Part shown: piece by piece, positions 1-7,024 of the stretch | How positions within the stretch are numbered: position 1 is the stretch's first letter | Layout of the letters: each line of letters begins with the position of its first letter | IMG/VR virus record: IMGVR_UViG_3300030376_000708 | Coordinates: 1 to 26,349 of that record | Length of the DNA stretch: 26,349 nucleotides | Reading direction: 5' to 3' (one strand) | From: a virus | Lineage: Duplodnaviria > Caudoviricetes | Position numbers and translations under genes: made by a program | The notes under the pieces: generated by a model | Databases searched by the model: none | Seen by the model: the letters and a program-made list of their open reading frames with translations, nothing else | What the model was told of the DNA's origin: nothing

Positions 1-9
1 TAGGCATGA

Positions 10-234
10 TTAATAGCTCGGATCTCCGAGTATGTCTGGTTTATTTAGACTGAAGACTTCGTAGTACTGGTGTATAGCCTTGTAAACGTTGTCTTCATTA
101 GGGGAATCGCAATAGACGTGGCAATACTCAGCAATGCTTCTTACGTCCGTGTATGGATACTCAGGTAGCAGTGTTTGTATGACGTCGATATATGCTTGAA
201 CATCCTTGACGCTGAAAGCGAACTTAATGGCCAT
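10..234 (-). CDS. hypothetical early protein (74 aa)
   Basis: Co-oriented ORF in the early cluster; another ATG follows at 7-5 and runs off the window. Confidence 0.65.
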   Translation of the reverse strand: MAIKFAFSVKDVQAYIDVIQTLLPEYPYTDVRSIAEYCHVYCDSPNEDNVYKAIHQYYEVFSLNKPDILGDPSY

Positions 235-258
235 GCGTCCTTGCTTGATGCTTGTGAA

Positions 259-438
259 CTACCACCCTTGAATACACCTGGTAATGGTGAATTGTTTGGT
301 AGGAAATGCTATCTGTAGTTTTTGCAAATAGAATTCAACATCATTGTTATGAATCAATTTGCTGTGTAGTTCATGCGCCTTGCCAGGCAAGTTAACCTTT
401 TCCTGGCAAGTGATAAATGAATAGTCCTTATTGTTCAT
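259..438 (-). CDS. hypothetical early protein (59 aa, MNNKDYSFITCQEK...CIQGW), not in ORF track
   Basis: Hand-translated; ATG overlaps the upstream stop (ATGA, 435-438) and the ORF fills the gap. Confidence 0.6.
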   Translation of the reverse strand: MNNKDYSFITCQEKVNLPGKAHELHSKLIHNNDVEFYLQKLQIAFPTKQFTITRCIQGW

Positions 439-578
439 ACTGAGTAACCAGCGAAGCGGTTCATTGTTGCTATATGCAAATCCGTTTCATCCATCATTGA
501 ATAGGTGCCGGAGTCCTTGGCCTCATCGACTACCTCTTGCCATAGTTGGTTGAATAGTTCTTGATTCTTGTAAGGCAT
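435..578 (-). CDS. small acidic early protein (47 aa, MPYKNQELFNQLWQEV...)
   Basis: Start moved from 644 to ATG 578, which follows TTTTTTTATT; the longer version runs through a hairpin. Confidence 0.65.
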   Translation of the reverse strand: MPYKNQELFNQLWQEVVDEAKDSGTYSMMDETDLHIATMNRFAGYSV

Positions 579-611
579 AATAAAAAAGTAAACAATAGAT
601 GAGGGATTACC

Positions 612-648
612 TCGTGATACCAAGGCGAGAGACCTTGGCATCATGCGA
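612..648 (-). promoter_or_regulatory. intergenic RNA hairpin (possible processing site)
   Basis: UGAUGCCAAGG-UCUCUCG-CCUUGGUAUCA, 11-bp stem with a G-U pair on the minus strand, extendable by 3 bp past a bulge. Confidence 0.5.
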
Positions 649-649
649 T

Positions 650-686
650 AAACCTTGAGAAGGTGGAAACCTTGAGAAGGTGGAAA
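650..686. repeat. 17-bp perfect tandem repeat x2
   Basis: aaaccttgagaaggtgg at 650-666 and 667-683; each unit contains the inverted repeat ACCTT-gag-AAGGT. Confidence 0.9.
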
Positions 687-692
687 GGTTAA

Positions 693-1031
693 CTAAAGTT
701 TGAAGCTATCGTTCATCATTGACTCTCTGGCTTTCATCGCTTTACCTAGCTTTTCTTTTATGTATTCAATCCGGTTATCAATCCGAATCAAATCAACAAA
801 GCATGAGCCGTATTCGTAGAAATCGTCCTTGCAATCTACGAACTCAAGCAAGTTCTCGAGATCGTAGTAATCGCACATAGTTTGGTCTTCATAGCTATCG
901 TTTGGCTCGCCGTCCGTGTACATCCTGGCGTATTCTTTCTCAATCCTTTTAAAGGATTTTCTAGCTAATGCAACGTACTTTTTAGAGCGATCTTTAAAGT
1001 ATGCCTTGCCATAAGGATTTGATTTCATCAT
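693..1031 (-). CDS. hypothetical early protein (112 aa; basic-acidic-basic)
   Basis: ORF with ATGA overlap to the upstream small ORF. Confidence 0.7.
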   Translation of the reverse strand: MMKSNPYGKAYFKDRSKKYVALARKSFKRIEKEYARMYTDGEPNDSYEDQTMCDYYDLENLLEFVDCKDDFYEYGSCFVDLIRIDNRIEYIKEKLGKAMKARESMMNDSFKL

Positions 1032-1162
1032 GATCTTGGTATGCCCTGGTGTTGGTAGTGAAGGAGTCGTAAATAACTCTCGGGTAAATCGCCATAAAGC
1101 TCCTTGATTACCGGAGAATTATCCAGCCATTGCTTAAATGCTTGTGACTTTTTGTTCCTCAT
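1028..1162 (-). CDS. hypothetical early protein (44 aa, MRNKKSQAFKQWLDNSP...GIPRS), not in ORF track
   Basis: Hand-translated; ATGA overlaps at both ends (1159-1162 and 1028-1031). Confidence 0.7.
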   Translation of the reverse strand: MRNKKSQAFKQWLDNSPVIKELYGDLPESYLRLLHYQHQGIPRS

Positions 1163-1542
1163 AGCACTGCAACCGCGTCAGCCATTACACAGTGCTCAAC
1201 ATCAATTGCTACTGCCCTATCAAATGAATTAAACCCTGGTTGAAATGGTCTAGTGCGTCCATTGTCTGTGATATACCAAACATGCGCCTTTTGAAAGATC
1301 CCGTTCTGTGTACCGTCCAGGAACTCATTAACCAAAGCGTTTAGTCGGGACTTGGTGGTGTTTGTCTCCCAACCTGCGCTACTGACTATTAGTTCCTCCT
1401 TGCGGTAGTTATACTTAGCAATTAAGTTGCCATGTAAACAAACCTCGGCGTGCATTGGTGTAATGTCAACGCTTGTATTGGATGACTTCCAGTCCCTTTT
1501 GTCCTTGATCGCTTGGATCATGTCGCGTTCAATTACTCGCAT
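1159..1542 (-). CDS. conserved cyanophage hypothetical protein
   Basis: MRxIE, LHGNxIA and GWxxxTTKSRLNAL motifs recalled from marine cyanophage hypothetical proteins. Confidence 0.8.
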   Translation of the reverse strand: MRVIERDMIQAIKDKRDWKSSNTSVDITPMHAEVCLHGNLIAKYNYRKEELIVSSAGWETNTTKSRLNALVNEFLDGTQNGIFQKAHVWYITDNGRTRPFQPGFNSFDRAVAIDVEHCVMADAVAVL

Positions 1543-1560
1543 GGTGTGAAATAGTAGAGA

Positions 1561-1578
1561 ATAAAAGGGCTAAAGCCC
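1561..1578 (-). terminator. short hairpin plus U-rich tail (weak terminator or processing hairpin)
   Basis: GGGC-UUUA-GCCC-UUUUAU; only a 4-bp stem. Confidence 0.3.
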
Positions 1579-1580
1579 AG

Positions 1581-1621
1581 TCATTGCCCGGGAGTTGAAC
1601 CCGAGTTAATACCCACAATGA
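1581..1621 (-). ncRNA. minimal tRNA-like element (acceptor stem plus T-arm)
   Basis: UCAUUGU/GCAAUGA 7-bp stem, UCGGG/CCCGG 5-bp stem, UUCAACU loop, 10-nt linker. Confidence 0.6.
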
Positions 1622-1906
1622 TTAAACAAATTCCATAGGTGGAAGGGTTTGGATAGCTACGCTGTCCTGTTTGAAAGTGTCACGGAATAGAGTTGCCACC
1701 TGGTCGATTAGATCGCGATACTCGGTAGATATGGTGACGCATTTGGTGTCCTCATTCTTACCTTTCCAGCGTCCTTGAACATCCTGGATTGTGTATCCCT
1801 GGAAACGTGTATCAATGCAGGTTTTGCAGAAATTATTCCAATCCTGGTCGCTAACGTAGCCACCTGAAGGAATATCTCTACCCATGAACATTTGAAAAGT
1901 GTGCAT
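1622..1906 (-). CDS. putative S-adenosylmethionine lyase (DUF3574/T3 SAMase-like), 94 aa
   Basis: Motifs MGRDIP, GYTI, GRWKGxxEDT and FKQDSV; first gene after the early promoter; start moved to ATG 1906. Confidence 0.65.
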   Translation of the reverse strand: MHTFQMFMGRDIPSGGYVSDQDWNNFCKTCIDTRFQGYTIQDVQGRWKGKNEDTKCVTISTEYRDLIDQVATLFRDTFKQDSVAIQTLPPMEFV

Positions 1907-2142
1907 AATAAAAAAGAATGCAAAAGCCCTGTTGAGTCCTTGAAAGTCGCGCATCCCATATGATGCAGGGCGTGTTCAAAAAAAAGATAAATTATTCACT
2001 CAGAAGGCGCGGGCCGCCGGATCTCTGATTCGCTGAACTCCCGAGTCGGGGTTACCTTCGGTGGTGCATTAGCCAGGGTTCTTGTGATCCCTGGTTTGGT
2101 GTTAACCATGCTGTACGGCTTGCGCCGCCCGTTCAGCTCGTT
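1907..2142 (-). ncRNA. structured 5' leader / candidate ncRNA of the first early transcript
   Basis: Several stems, a GCAA tetraloop, long-range GCUGAAC/GUUCAGC pairing and a U8 run. Confidence 0.45.
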
Positions 2143-2148
2143 GAAACC

Positions 2149-2177
2149 AACATAAACGATTCATTGCACTATTGCAA
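2149..2177 (-). promoter_or_regulatory. sigma70-type early promoter
   Basis: -35 TTGCAA (2177-2172), 17-bp spacer, -10 TATGTT (2154-2149), pointing into the early genes. Confidence 0.6.
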
Positions 2178-2350
2178 CCAACCAGGGCGCAACCAGGGAG
2201 CACTAAGTAGGCAAACGCTAGACGCTGCAACGCTTATTATTTCTGCTTATGTATTTTGCTCTGATCGATAATCCTTGCACGTTTGCAAGTGATGCCAAGC
2301 GCTCTGCCCTATTGTCTCGAAATAAACATACAGATCGCTAGAAGCTCACG

Positions 2351-2550
2351 TCACGCGCGCGCGGTAGTTGGATCACGCGCAGGCTCGCGGTAGTTGGTAT
2401 CGCGCGTTTGAATAACCGCGAGGATCAGGGCGATGCGGATTGGTAGTGCGACATCAACCCAGTGATACCAATGGATCTCAACAAACATCGCGCGCGCCTG
2501 CGTTAATTGATCGCGCCCGCGCGGTATATTGATCGCGCGCGCGTTATATT
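2351..2550. repeat. CG-alternating short repeat clusters near the probable genome terminus
   Basis: cgcggtagttgg x2 (2360-2371, 2386-2397) and three tandem 20-23-nt atcgcgc...att units (2486-2550). Confidence 0.8.
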
Positions 2551-2609
2551 AGCTACCCCCTTGGGGGGAACTGCGTCCGCGCCCCCTCGATAGAATAGGC
2601 TTGAGAAAT

Positions 2610-3275
2610 TTATGCCAAATTCTCACAGGCTTTAGCGAAATCACGATTGAACTTATCCAACCCTTGATCTGTTAATACGTGAGAGACCATCTTATCGAAG
2701 ACTCCCACAGGGATTGTACATATATCAGCACCTTCCAGGAAGGCTAATCCGACAGAACGTACATCACGTATTGAGGCAGCTAAAACCTTAGTTTTTATGC
2801 ATTTTAATTTGTAGAGGCTGGCTATTTGCCCTATCAATGCAAGTCCATCGAATGAATTATCATCTAATCGACCCACAAAGGGAGAAACATAAGTAGCACC
2901 AGCAATGGCAGCCAATATTGCTTGGCTAAGGCTAAAGACCAGAGTAACATTGGTTTTAATTCCTATGTTGGATAAATACTTACAGGCTTTAATTCCAGGC
3001 ATGGTGCAGGGCAGCTTTACAGTTGCTGTGGGACCATACTCTTTATGGATATTAAGACCACGATCAATAAACTCATCTTCTGTGTCAGCGACAACTTCGA
3101 TGCTCACGTCTGGGAGATCAGGGATCTTTACTAAGTTGTGGTAGACGTCGTAGGGATTATTATCGAGACTCGACTTAAGTATTAAGGAAGGATTAGTAGT
3201 TATACCGGATATAAGACCAGTTCCTATTCTCTCTACTACTTCTTCTTCGGAAGCAGTATCAAGGAATATATTCAT
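2610..3275 (-). CDS. talC: transaldolase (TalC/Fsa family), auxiliary metabolic gene
   Basis: IFLDTA, GITTNPSL, Schiff-base VKLP, NVTLVFS, SPFVGRLDD and LAASIR motifs. Confidence 0.96.
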   Translation of the reverse strand: MNIFLDTASEEEVVERIGTGLISGITTNPSLILKSSLDNNPYDVYHNLVKIPDLPDVSIEVVADTEDEFIDRGLNIHKEYGPTATVKLPCTMPGIKACKYLSNIGIKTNVTLVFSLSQAILAAIAGATYVSPFVGRLDDNSFDGLALIGQIASLYKLKCIKTKVLAASIRDVRSVGLAFLEGADICTIPVGVFDKMVSHVLTDQGLDKFNRDFAKACENLA

Positions 3276-3316
3276 AGTGGGTTGGAGTCGCTTGGGTAGT
3301 TGATTAAGTGTTCTAG

Positions 3317-3389
3317 GACATCATTAACGGATGTCGGCTTAGAAGTGGATGGTGTGTCTTATAGGCGGGGGAGTCCACCCTTCTCCCCC
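3317..3389 (-). promoter_or_regulatory. two hairpins in the terL-talC spacer
   Basis: GGGGGAG/CTCCCCC (3367-3389) and GACATC/GATGTC (3317-3335). Confidence 0.4.
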
Positions 3390-3407
3390 TATTAGTCCGC
3401 CCCGGTC

Positions 3408-5141
3408 CTAAACCCAGGTAGGTATTGACTTTCCATTTTTCAAACCTCTAGCTTGTTTTCTCTGATCTAGAGACATACCCATTACTAAATGGTTTGTCGC
3501 TGCTTGAGGGTCGTCGTTAAAGGATTCCAGGATGTCAGCGAACTCTTGATTCTTTCTGTCTAAGATTGCTCGTTCTGCTGATATTGAAAGAGCATCTGTA
3601 TAGTATTGAACTGCTTGAGCTAGACAATCTAATCTATCGTCGTGTTTGACTGCGAATTTCTCTCTACACATTCTAGACATTTGATAGAAGAGCATATAGA
3701 GGAGTCTTTTTTCAGGAGCTTCTTCTTTATTAGAGGAGTAGTCCCATTCGAGTACGCTCCTATTGACAACCATACGATGCTGGTTAAAGACAGGCTCAAG
3801 AGAATCAATAATTCTATCTTCTTTGCGGACATTGGCTCTAGTTTCTTCAATGTATATAGCCTGTTTAGTATTAATTAAATGTTTTTTAAATAGTTCAGCG
3901 ACGATACCGTCACCGAAGTTAGATTCAATTAATAGTGTTGACACATTATATTTTTTACAACCTTTAAGGATGTCTAACAAGGTTGTGTCGCTGTACCCGT
4001 CTTTGTACGCACGCATTTCATGCAGGTAGAGAAACCCGTTTCTTTGTGAGACGTAGGCAGCAGCCGTTTCATCGCTTCCTTTACCCGAAGGGTCCACCGA
4101 GCAAATTGTTTCTGTGTAATCATCCCATTCTCCAACAAGTTGCATTGGACTGTAAAAATAGTCTCCTGGTAAGCCAACTGTAGGGGCGTCGCGGATGATA
4201 TTTTTAGGATCTGAGCACCATACGACGGACTCGGGAGCTTTAGCGGGGTTGACGCTAGTAACAATAAGGTCAGCCATTTTAAGGGGAAACTTTTCAGCGT
4301 CTGATAGAGACGTGTCGAGCATAAATTGCAGCATGAAGTTGCTGCGTCCCATAGAAGCTTCCCTCTGGACAAGATCATCATCATCAAATCTATCAGGGTC
4401 AGTACATTCCCAAGGTTCTGCACCGTTATCTATATCTTCTTGAAGTTGAGGAGCTATTTGTCCTTCGTAGCTGGCAAGCTTTCTTGGGAATCGGCTTGGC
4501 CAAACGAACGGACGGTAACTGCGCTCTGCCAACTTATTATAAACAGTAAAACAACTCTGAGGAGTCCCGAGATAACAAATACGGCTATCGTCTTTTGGCG
4601 TAAGGATGGATTCTGCTTCTGTGCAAAGTTGAAGAAGTTTTTCACGCATCATCTCCGTCATACTGTTTCCTGGTACTTCGATGTCGTCTAGTACCATCAG
4701 ATCTGCCCGAGATCCAGTTAGCTGACCAGTAATACCCACGCTCTTCACTGAAGGTGCTTGGTGCGGAGAACAAGCAACGTCGAAACTTATCCGCGACCAT
4801 CTTGAGTCGTCGGATTTGGGCTGTAAGTGACTTAACCAAGGTGTTTCAATAATTAGTTTCTGTAAGAAGATGGACATGTTATCTGCGCGTTCTTTCGAAG
4901 CGGAGATAATCATGATCTTCTTTTCGGCATCGTTGAATAGGGTCCATAACACGAAGGCGCCTGTAATCCATGATTTACCGACTCCTCGGAAAGCTTGGAT
5001 CTGTAGACGTTTTGGTCCGTGTTGTAAATAGTCCGCTATTGCATACTGCGCCCTAGTAGGAGAGGGGAGATCAAGCTGGTCCCATAATGCTTGCAGGAAC
5101 AGCTTGAAATCGCTCTGTAAGGACGTTAAAACGTCATTCAT
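3408..5141 (-). CDS. terL: terminase large subunit (DNA maturase B, T7 gp19-like)
   Basis: Walker A AFRGVGKS, GSRAD-LMVLDD Walker B, YLGTPQ, nuclease VDPSGKG and HDDRLD. Confidence 0.97.
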   Translation of the reverse strand: MNDVLTSLQSDFKLFLQALWDQLDLPSPTRAQYAIADYLQHGPKRLQIQAFRGVGKSWITGAFVLWTLFNDAEKKIMIISASKERADNMSIFLQKLIIETPWLSHLQPKSDDSRWSRISFDVACSPHQAPSVKSVGITGQLTGSRADLMVLDDIEVPGNSMTEMMREKLLQLCTEAESILTPKDDSRICYLGTPQSCFTVYNKLAERSYRPFVWPSRFPRKLASYEGQIAPQLQEDIDNGAEPWECTDPDRFDDDDLVQREASMGRSNFMLQFMLDTSLSDAEKFPLKMADLIVTSVNPAKAPESVVWCSDPKNIIRDAPTVGLPGDYFYSPMQLVGEWDDYTETICSVDPSGKGSDETAAAYVSQRNGFLYLHEMRAYKDGYSDTTLLDILKGCKKYNVSTLLIESNFGDGIVAELFKKHLINTKQAIYIEETRANVRKEDRIIDSLEPVFNQHRMVVNRSVLEWDYSSNKEEAPEKRLLYMLFYQMSRMCREKFAVKHDDRLDCLAQAVQYYTDALSISAERAILDRKNQEFADILESFNDDPQAATNHLVMGMSLDQRKQARGLKNGKSIPTWV

Positions 5142-5147
5142 GTAAAG

Positions 5148-6206
5148 TTAGCTTTCTTCTAGTTCTCGTTGCGTAACAGCGCTATTTAGATATTTCTTCA
5201 TCCGAGATTCACTTATTTTTCCGTAGGCTCTTGATATAGCTTTTCTACGTCTCTTTTCTCTTTTACTTTGTGCCGAACTTGTCGAGTCGTTATTCTTATT
5301 GTTATTTACTTTAGAGACTTTCTGTGTTGTCGAATTGTTAGTCTCGCTAATAGGCTGCTTAACTAAAGTCTTATTATTCTTGTTGGTCTTGTTGGTCTTC
5401 TTTGTCTTTTTATTAGTTCTTAATTGTTCAGCTACGTACTTATTGAAGCCTTTAAGACTGCCATGCTCTTTAAGATATGCGTTTTTCTCTTTAATCCTGA
5501 GACGCCCTTCAGCCTTACCCATACCACCAAGAGATTCTAATAGTGGTTTGCCTTTAATCCTTCTATAGATATTTCCACCAGTTCTTATAGCTCCGGCTGC
5601 ATTGTCTGCGGCTTCATAAACCAATCCAGCTCCTCCTACAACACCTAAACCTTTACCAAGAATATTTGTAGCTGTACCTACTACTTTTGCGTTTCTAATT
5701 TTCTTTAAATGTTTAACTACGTTTGAATTTTTTACGTTACTAGCTACATTTTTAATCCTTTTTATTGTTTTCTTAGGCTCAATTTTTAACATTGGCCGAC
5801 CTGTATTATTAGGCTTACTTGTTTTTACTTTGTTCTTGTTTGGCTTTATCCTTCCTTTTTTGTCAGTGACATAAGGATTAGTAGCACTACCTTTAACTTT
5901 ATATTTTCTGTTAAAAGCCGTATCTTTATTAACACCTCTTTTCGCTAAGTTTAGTTTTTCTTTAGCTGCTTGTACTCTAGGTGTATCTGTCTTTGGAGTG
6001 TCTTTTTTAACTAAGGCTCCGCCTTTTCTGATGTAGTTTTTCTTGCTCTTAAGCTTAATGTTGTTTTTATCTGATGGGGTTACGTTCTTACGGCTGTAAG
6101 TTTTTTTCCCTTTACCTTTCTTCTTAGCTAAGTTTGCTTGATTTAATTTTGTAATTAATTTCGCTAAGTATTCGTAAAAGTCTTTCCCACCTTTAGGCTC
6201 TGCCAT
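5148..6206 (-). CDS. very Lys/Asn-rich basic hypothetical protein (352 aa)
   Basis: Long ORF filling the HNH-terL gap; low complexity. Confidence 0.8.
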   Translation of the reverse strand: MAEPKGGKDFYEYLAKLITKLNQANLAKKKGKGKKTYSRKNVTPSDKNNIKLKSKKNYIRKGGALVKKDTPKTDTPRVQAAKEKLNLAKRGVNKDTAFNRKYKVKGSATNPYVTDKKGRIKPNKNKVKTSKPNNTGRPMLKIEPKKTIKRIKNVASNVKNSNVVKHLKKIRNAKVVGTATNILGKGLGVVGGAGLVYEAADNAAGAIRTGGNIYRRIKGKPLLESLGGMGKAEGRLRIKEKNAYLKEHGSLKGFNKYVAEQLRTNKKTKKTNKTNKNNKTLVKQPISETNNSTTQKVSKVNNNKNNDSTSSAQSKREKRRRKAISRAYGKISESRMKKYLNSAVTQRELEES

Positions 6207-6208
6207 GG

Positions 6209-6538
6209 TTAATTAATATGTTGAAGAATGATCATTTCTCTCAGAGGTCGATGTCCAAATGTCTGGCGCATCCATCTGAGCCAATTGCTACTACCTTTCC
6301 CTTGATTACAGGATTTGCACGCGGGTACAAGATTGCTTGTAAGATCTTCTCCGCCTTCCGTTTTAGGTCGAACATGGTCAAGTGTAAGTTCATGTAATTG
6401 ATATGCTTTACCGCAATAAGCGCAATGACAATTGAAGTGCTCTTTGATAGCTCTTCTCCAGAGCCGTTTAGCTTCAGGACTTGTCATGGTTATTAGGTTA
6501 AATAAGTAATGTTTAGGGGTAGGTAGTAATGGGGTCAT
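6209..6538 (-). CDS. HNH endonuclease
   Basis: CAYCG...TLDHVRP...GG...NLVPACKSCNQGK. Confidence 0.92.
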   Translation of the reverse strand: MTPLLPTPKHYLFNLITMTSPEAKRLWRRAIKEHFNCHCAYCGKAYQLHELTLDHVRPKTEGGEDLTSNLVPACKSCNQGKGSSNWLRWMRQTFGHRPLREMIILQHIN

Positions 6539-6798
6539 TTACGAATACGTAGTGCTTTTCTTCCGCGACGTCTATTTATCGTTGGGTCTTGGAGTTTGCC
6601 TTGGTTTCCTTTTCCGGTATGGGCGGCGTCTTTCCCGTCTCCATTGCCATAAGTGCCAAGAGTCCTGTTAAGTTTGTTCGCAGCAACACGTATCTTTAAT
6701 CCCTTTGGTGTTTTGTTGTATCTGGCTTGTTGTTTAAGCCGTTTTTTTCTAGCGGTTGGGTTGGATTTGTAATAGTCGCTAGTACTTTGCTTTCGCAT
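6535..6798 (-). CDS. basic protein with a possibly degenerate His-Me/HNH-like C-terminus
   Basis: GNGDGKDAAH...NR motif; overlaps both neighbours. Confidence 0.7.
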   Translation of the reverse strand: MRKQSTSDYYKSNPTARKKRLKQQARYNKTPKGLKIRVAANKLNRTLGTYGNGDGKDAAHTGKGNQGKLQDPTINRRRGRKALRIRK

Positions 6799-7024
6799 AT
6801 AGTTTTGCCTTTACTAACTCTGGGTCAACTTGTGGCATAACCTGTGCCAACTTCTCTAATGGATTACCGTTATAGGCAATTCCACTAATGTCATTTGTCT
6901 TCAACCAGTCACAGGCTGCTTTCAAATCTTGGGTAGACGCTTCGCCACTTTTGACCCGTTTAAGGAATTCAGATGTGACTAGGTTATGCAGTTCATTAAA
7001 CTGGTCTTCAGTGGCTTTCTTCAT
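6779..7024 (-). CDS. terS: terminase small subunit (DNA maturase A, T7 gp18-like)
   Basis: KATEDQFNELH...GEASTQDLKAACDWLKTNDI pattern, size and position. Confidence 0.85.
   Translation of the reverse strand: MKKATEDQFNELHNLVTSEFLKRVKSGEASTQDLKAACDWLKTNDISGIAYNGNPLEKLAQVMPQVDPELVKAKLYAKAKY

Noticed and set aside
1581-1621. Full tRNA gene
   Set aside because: No D-arm or anticodon arm and only 41 nt; kept as a tRNA-like element instead
1708-1959. 83-aa alternative-frame ORF
   Set aside because: Overlaps the motif-bearing SAM lyase-like ORF and has no recognisable features
1990-2142. Known self-cleaving ribozyme (hammerhead/twister)
   Set aside because: No CUGANGA/GAAA core; a UAAUGCA stretch is present but the other twister elements were not found by eye
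2351-2550. CRISPR or mini-CRISPR array
   Set aside because: Repeats are degenerate, adjacent and lack unique spacers of regular length; no cas genes
3629-4839. Alternative-frame minus-strand ORFs inside terL
   Set aside because: No lipobox, TM segment or motif supporting nested genes
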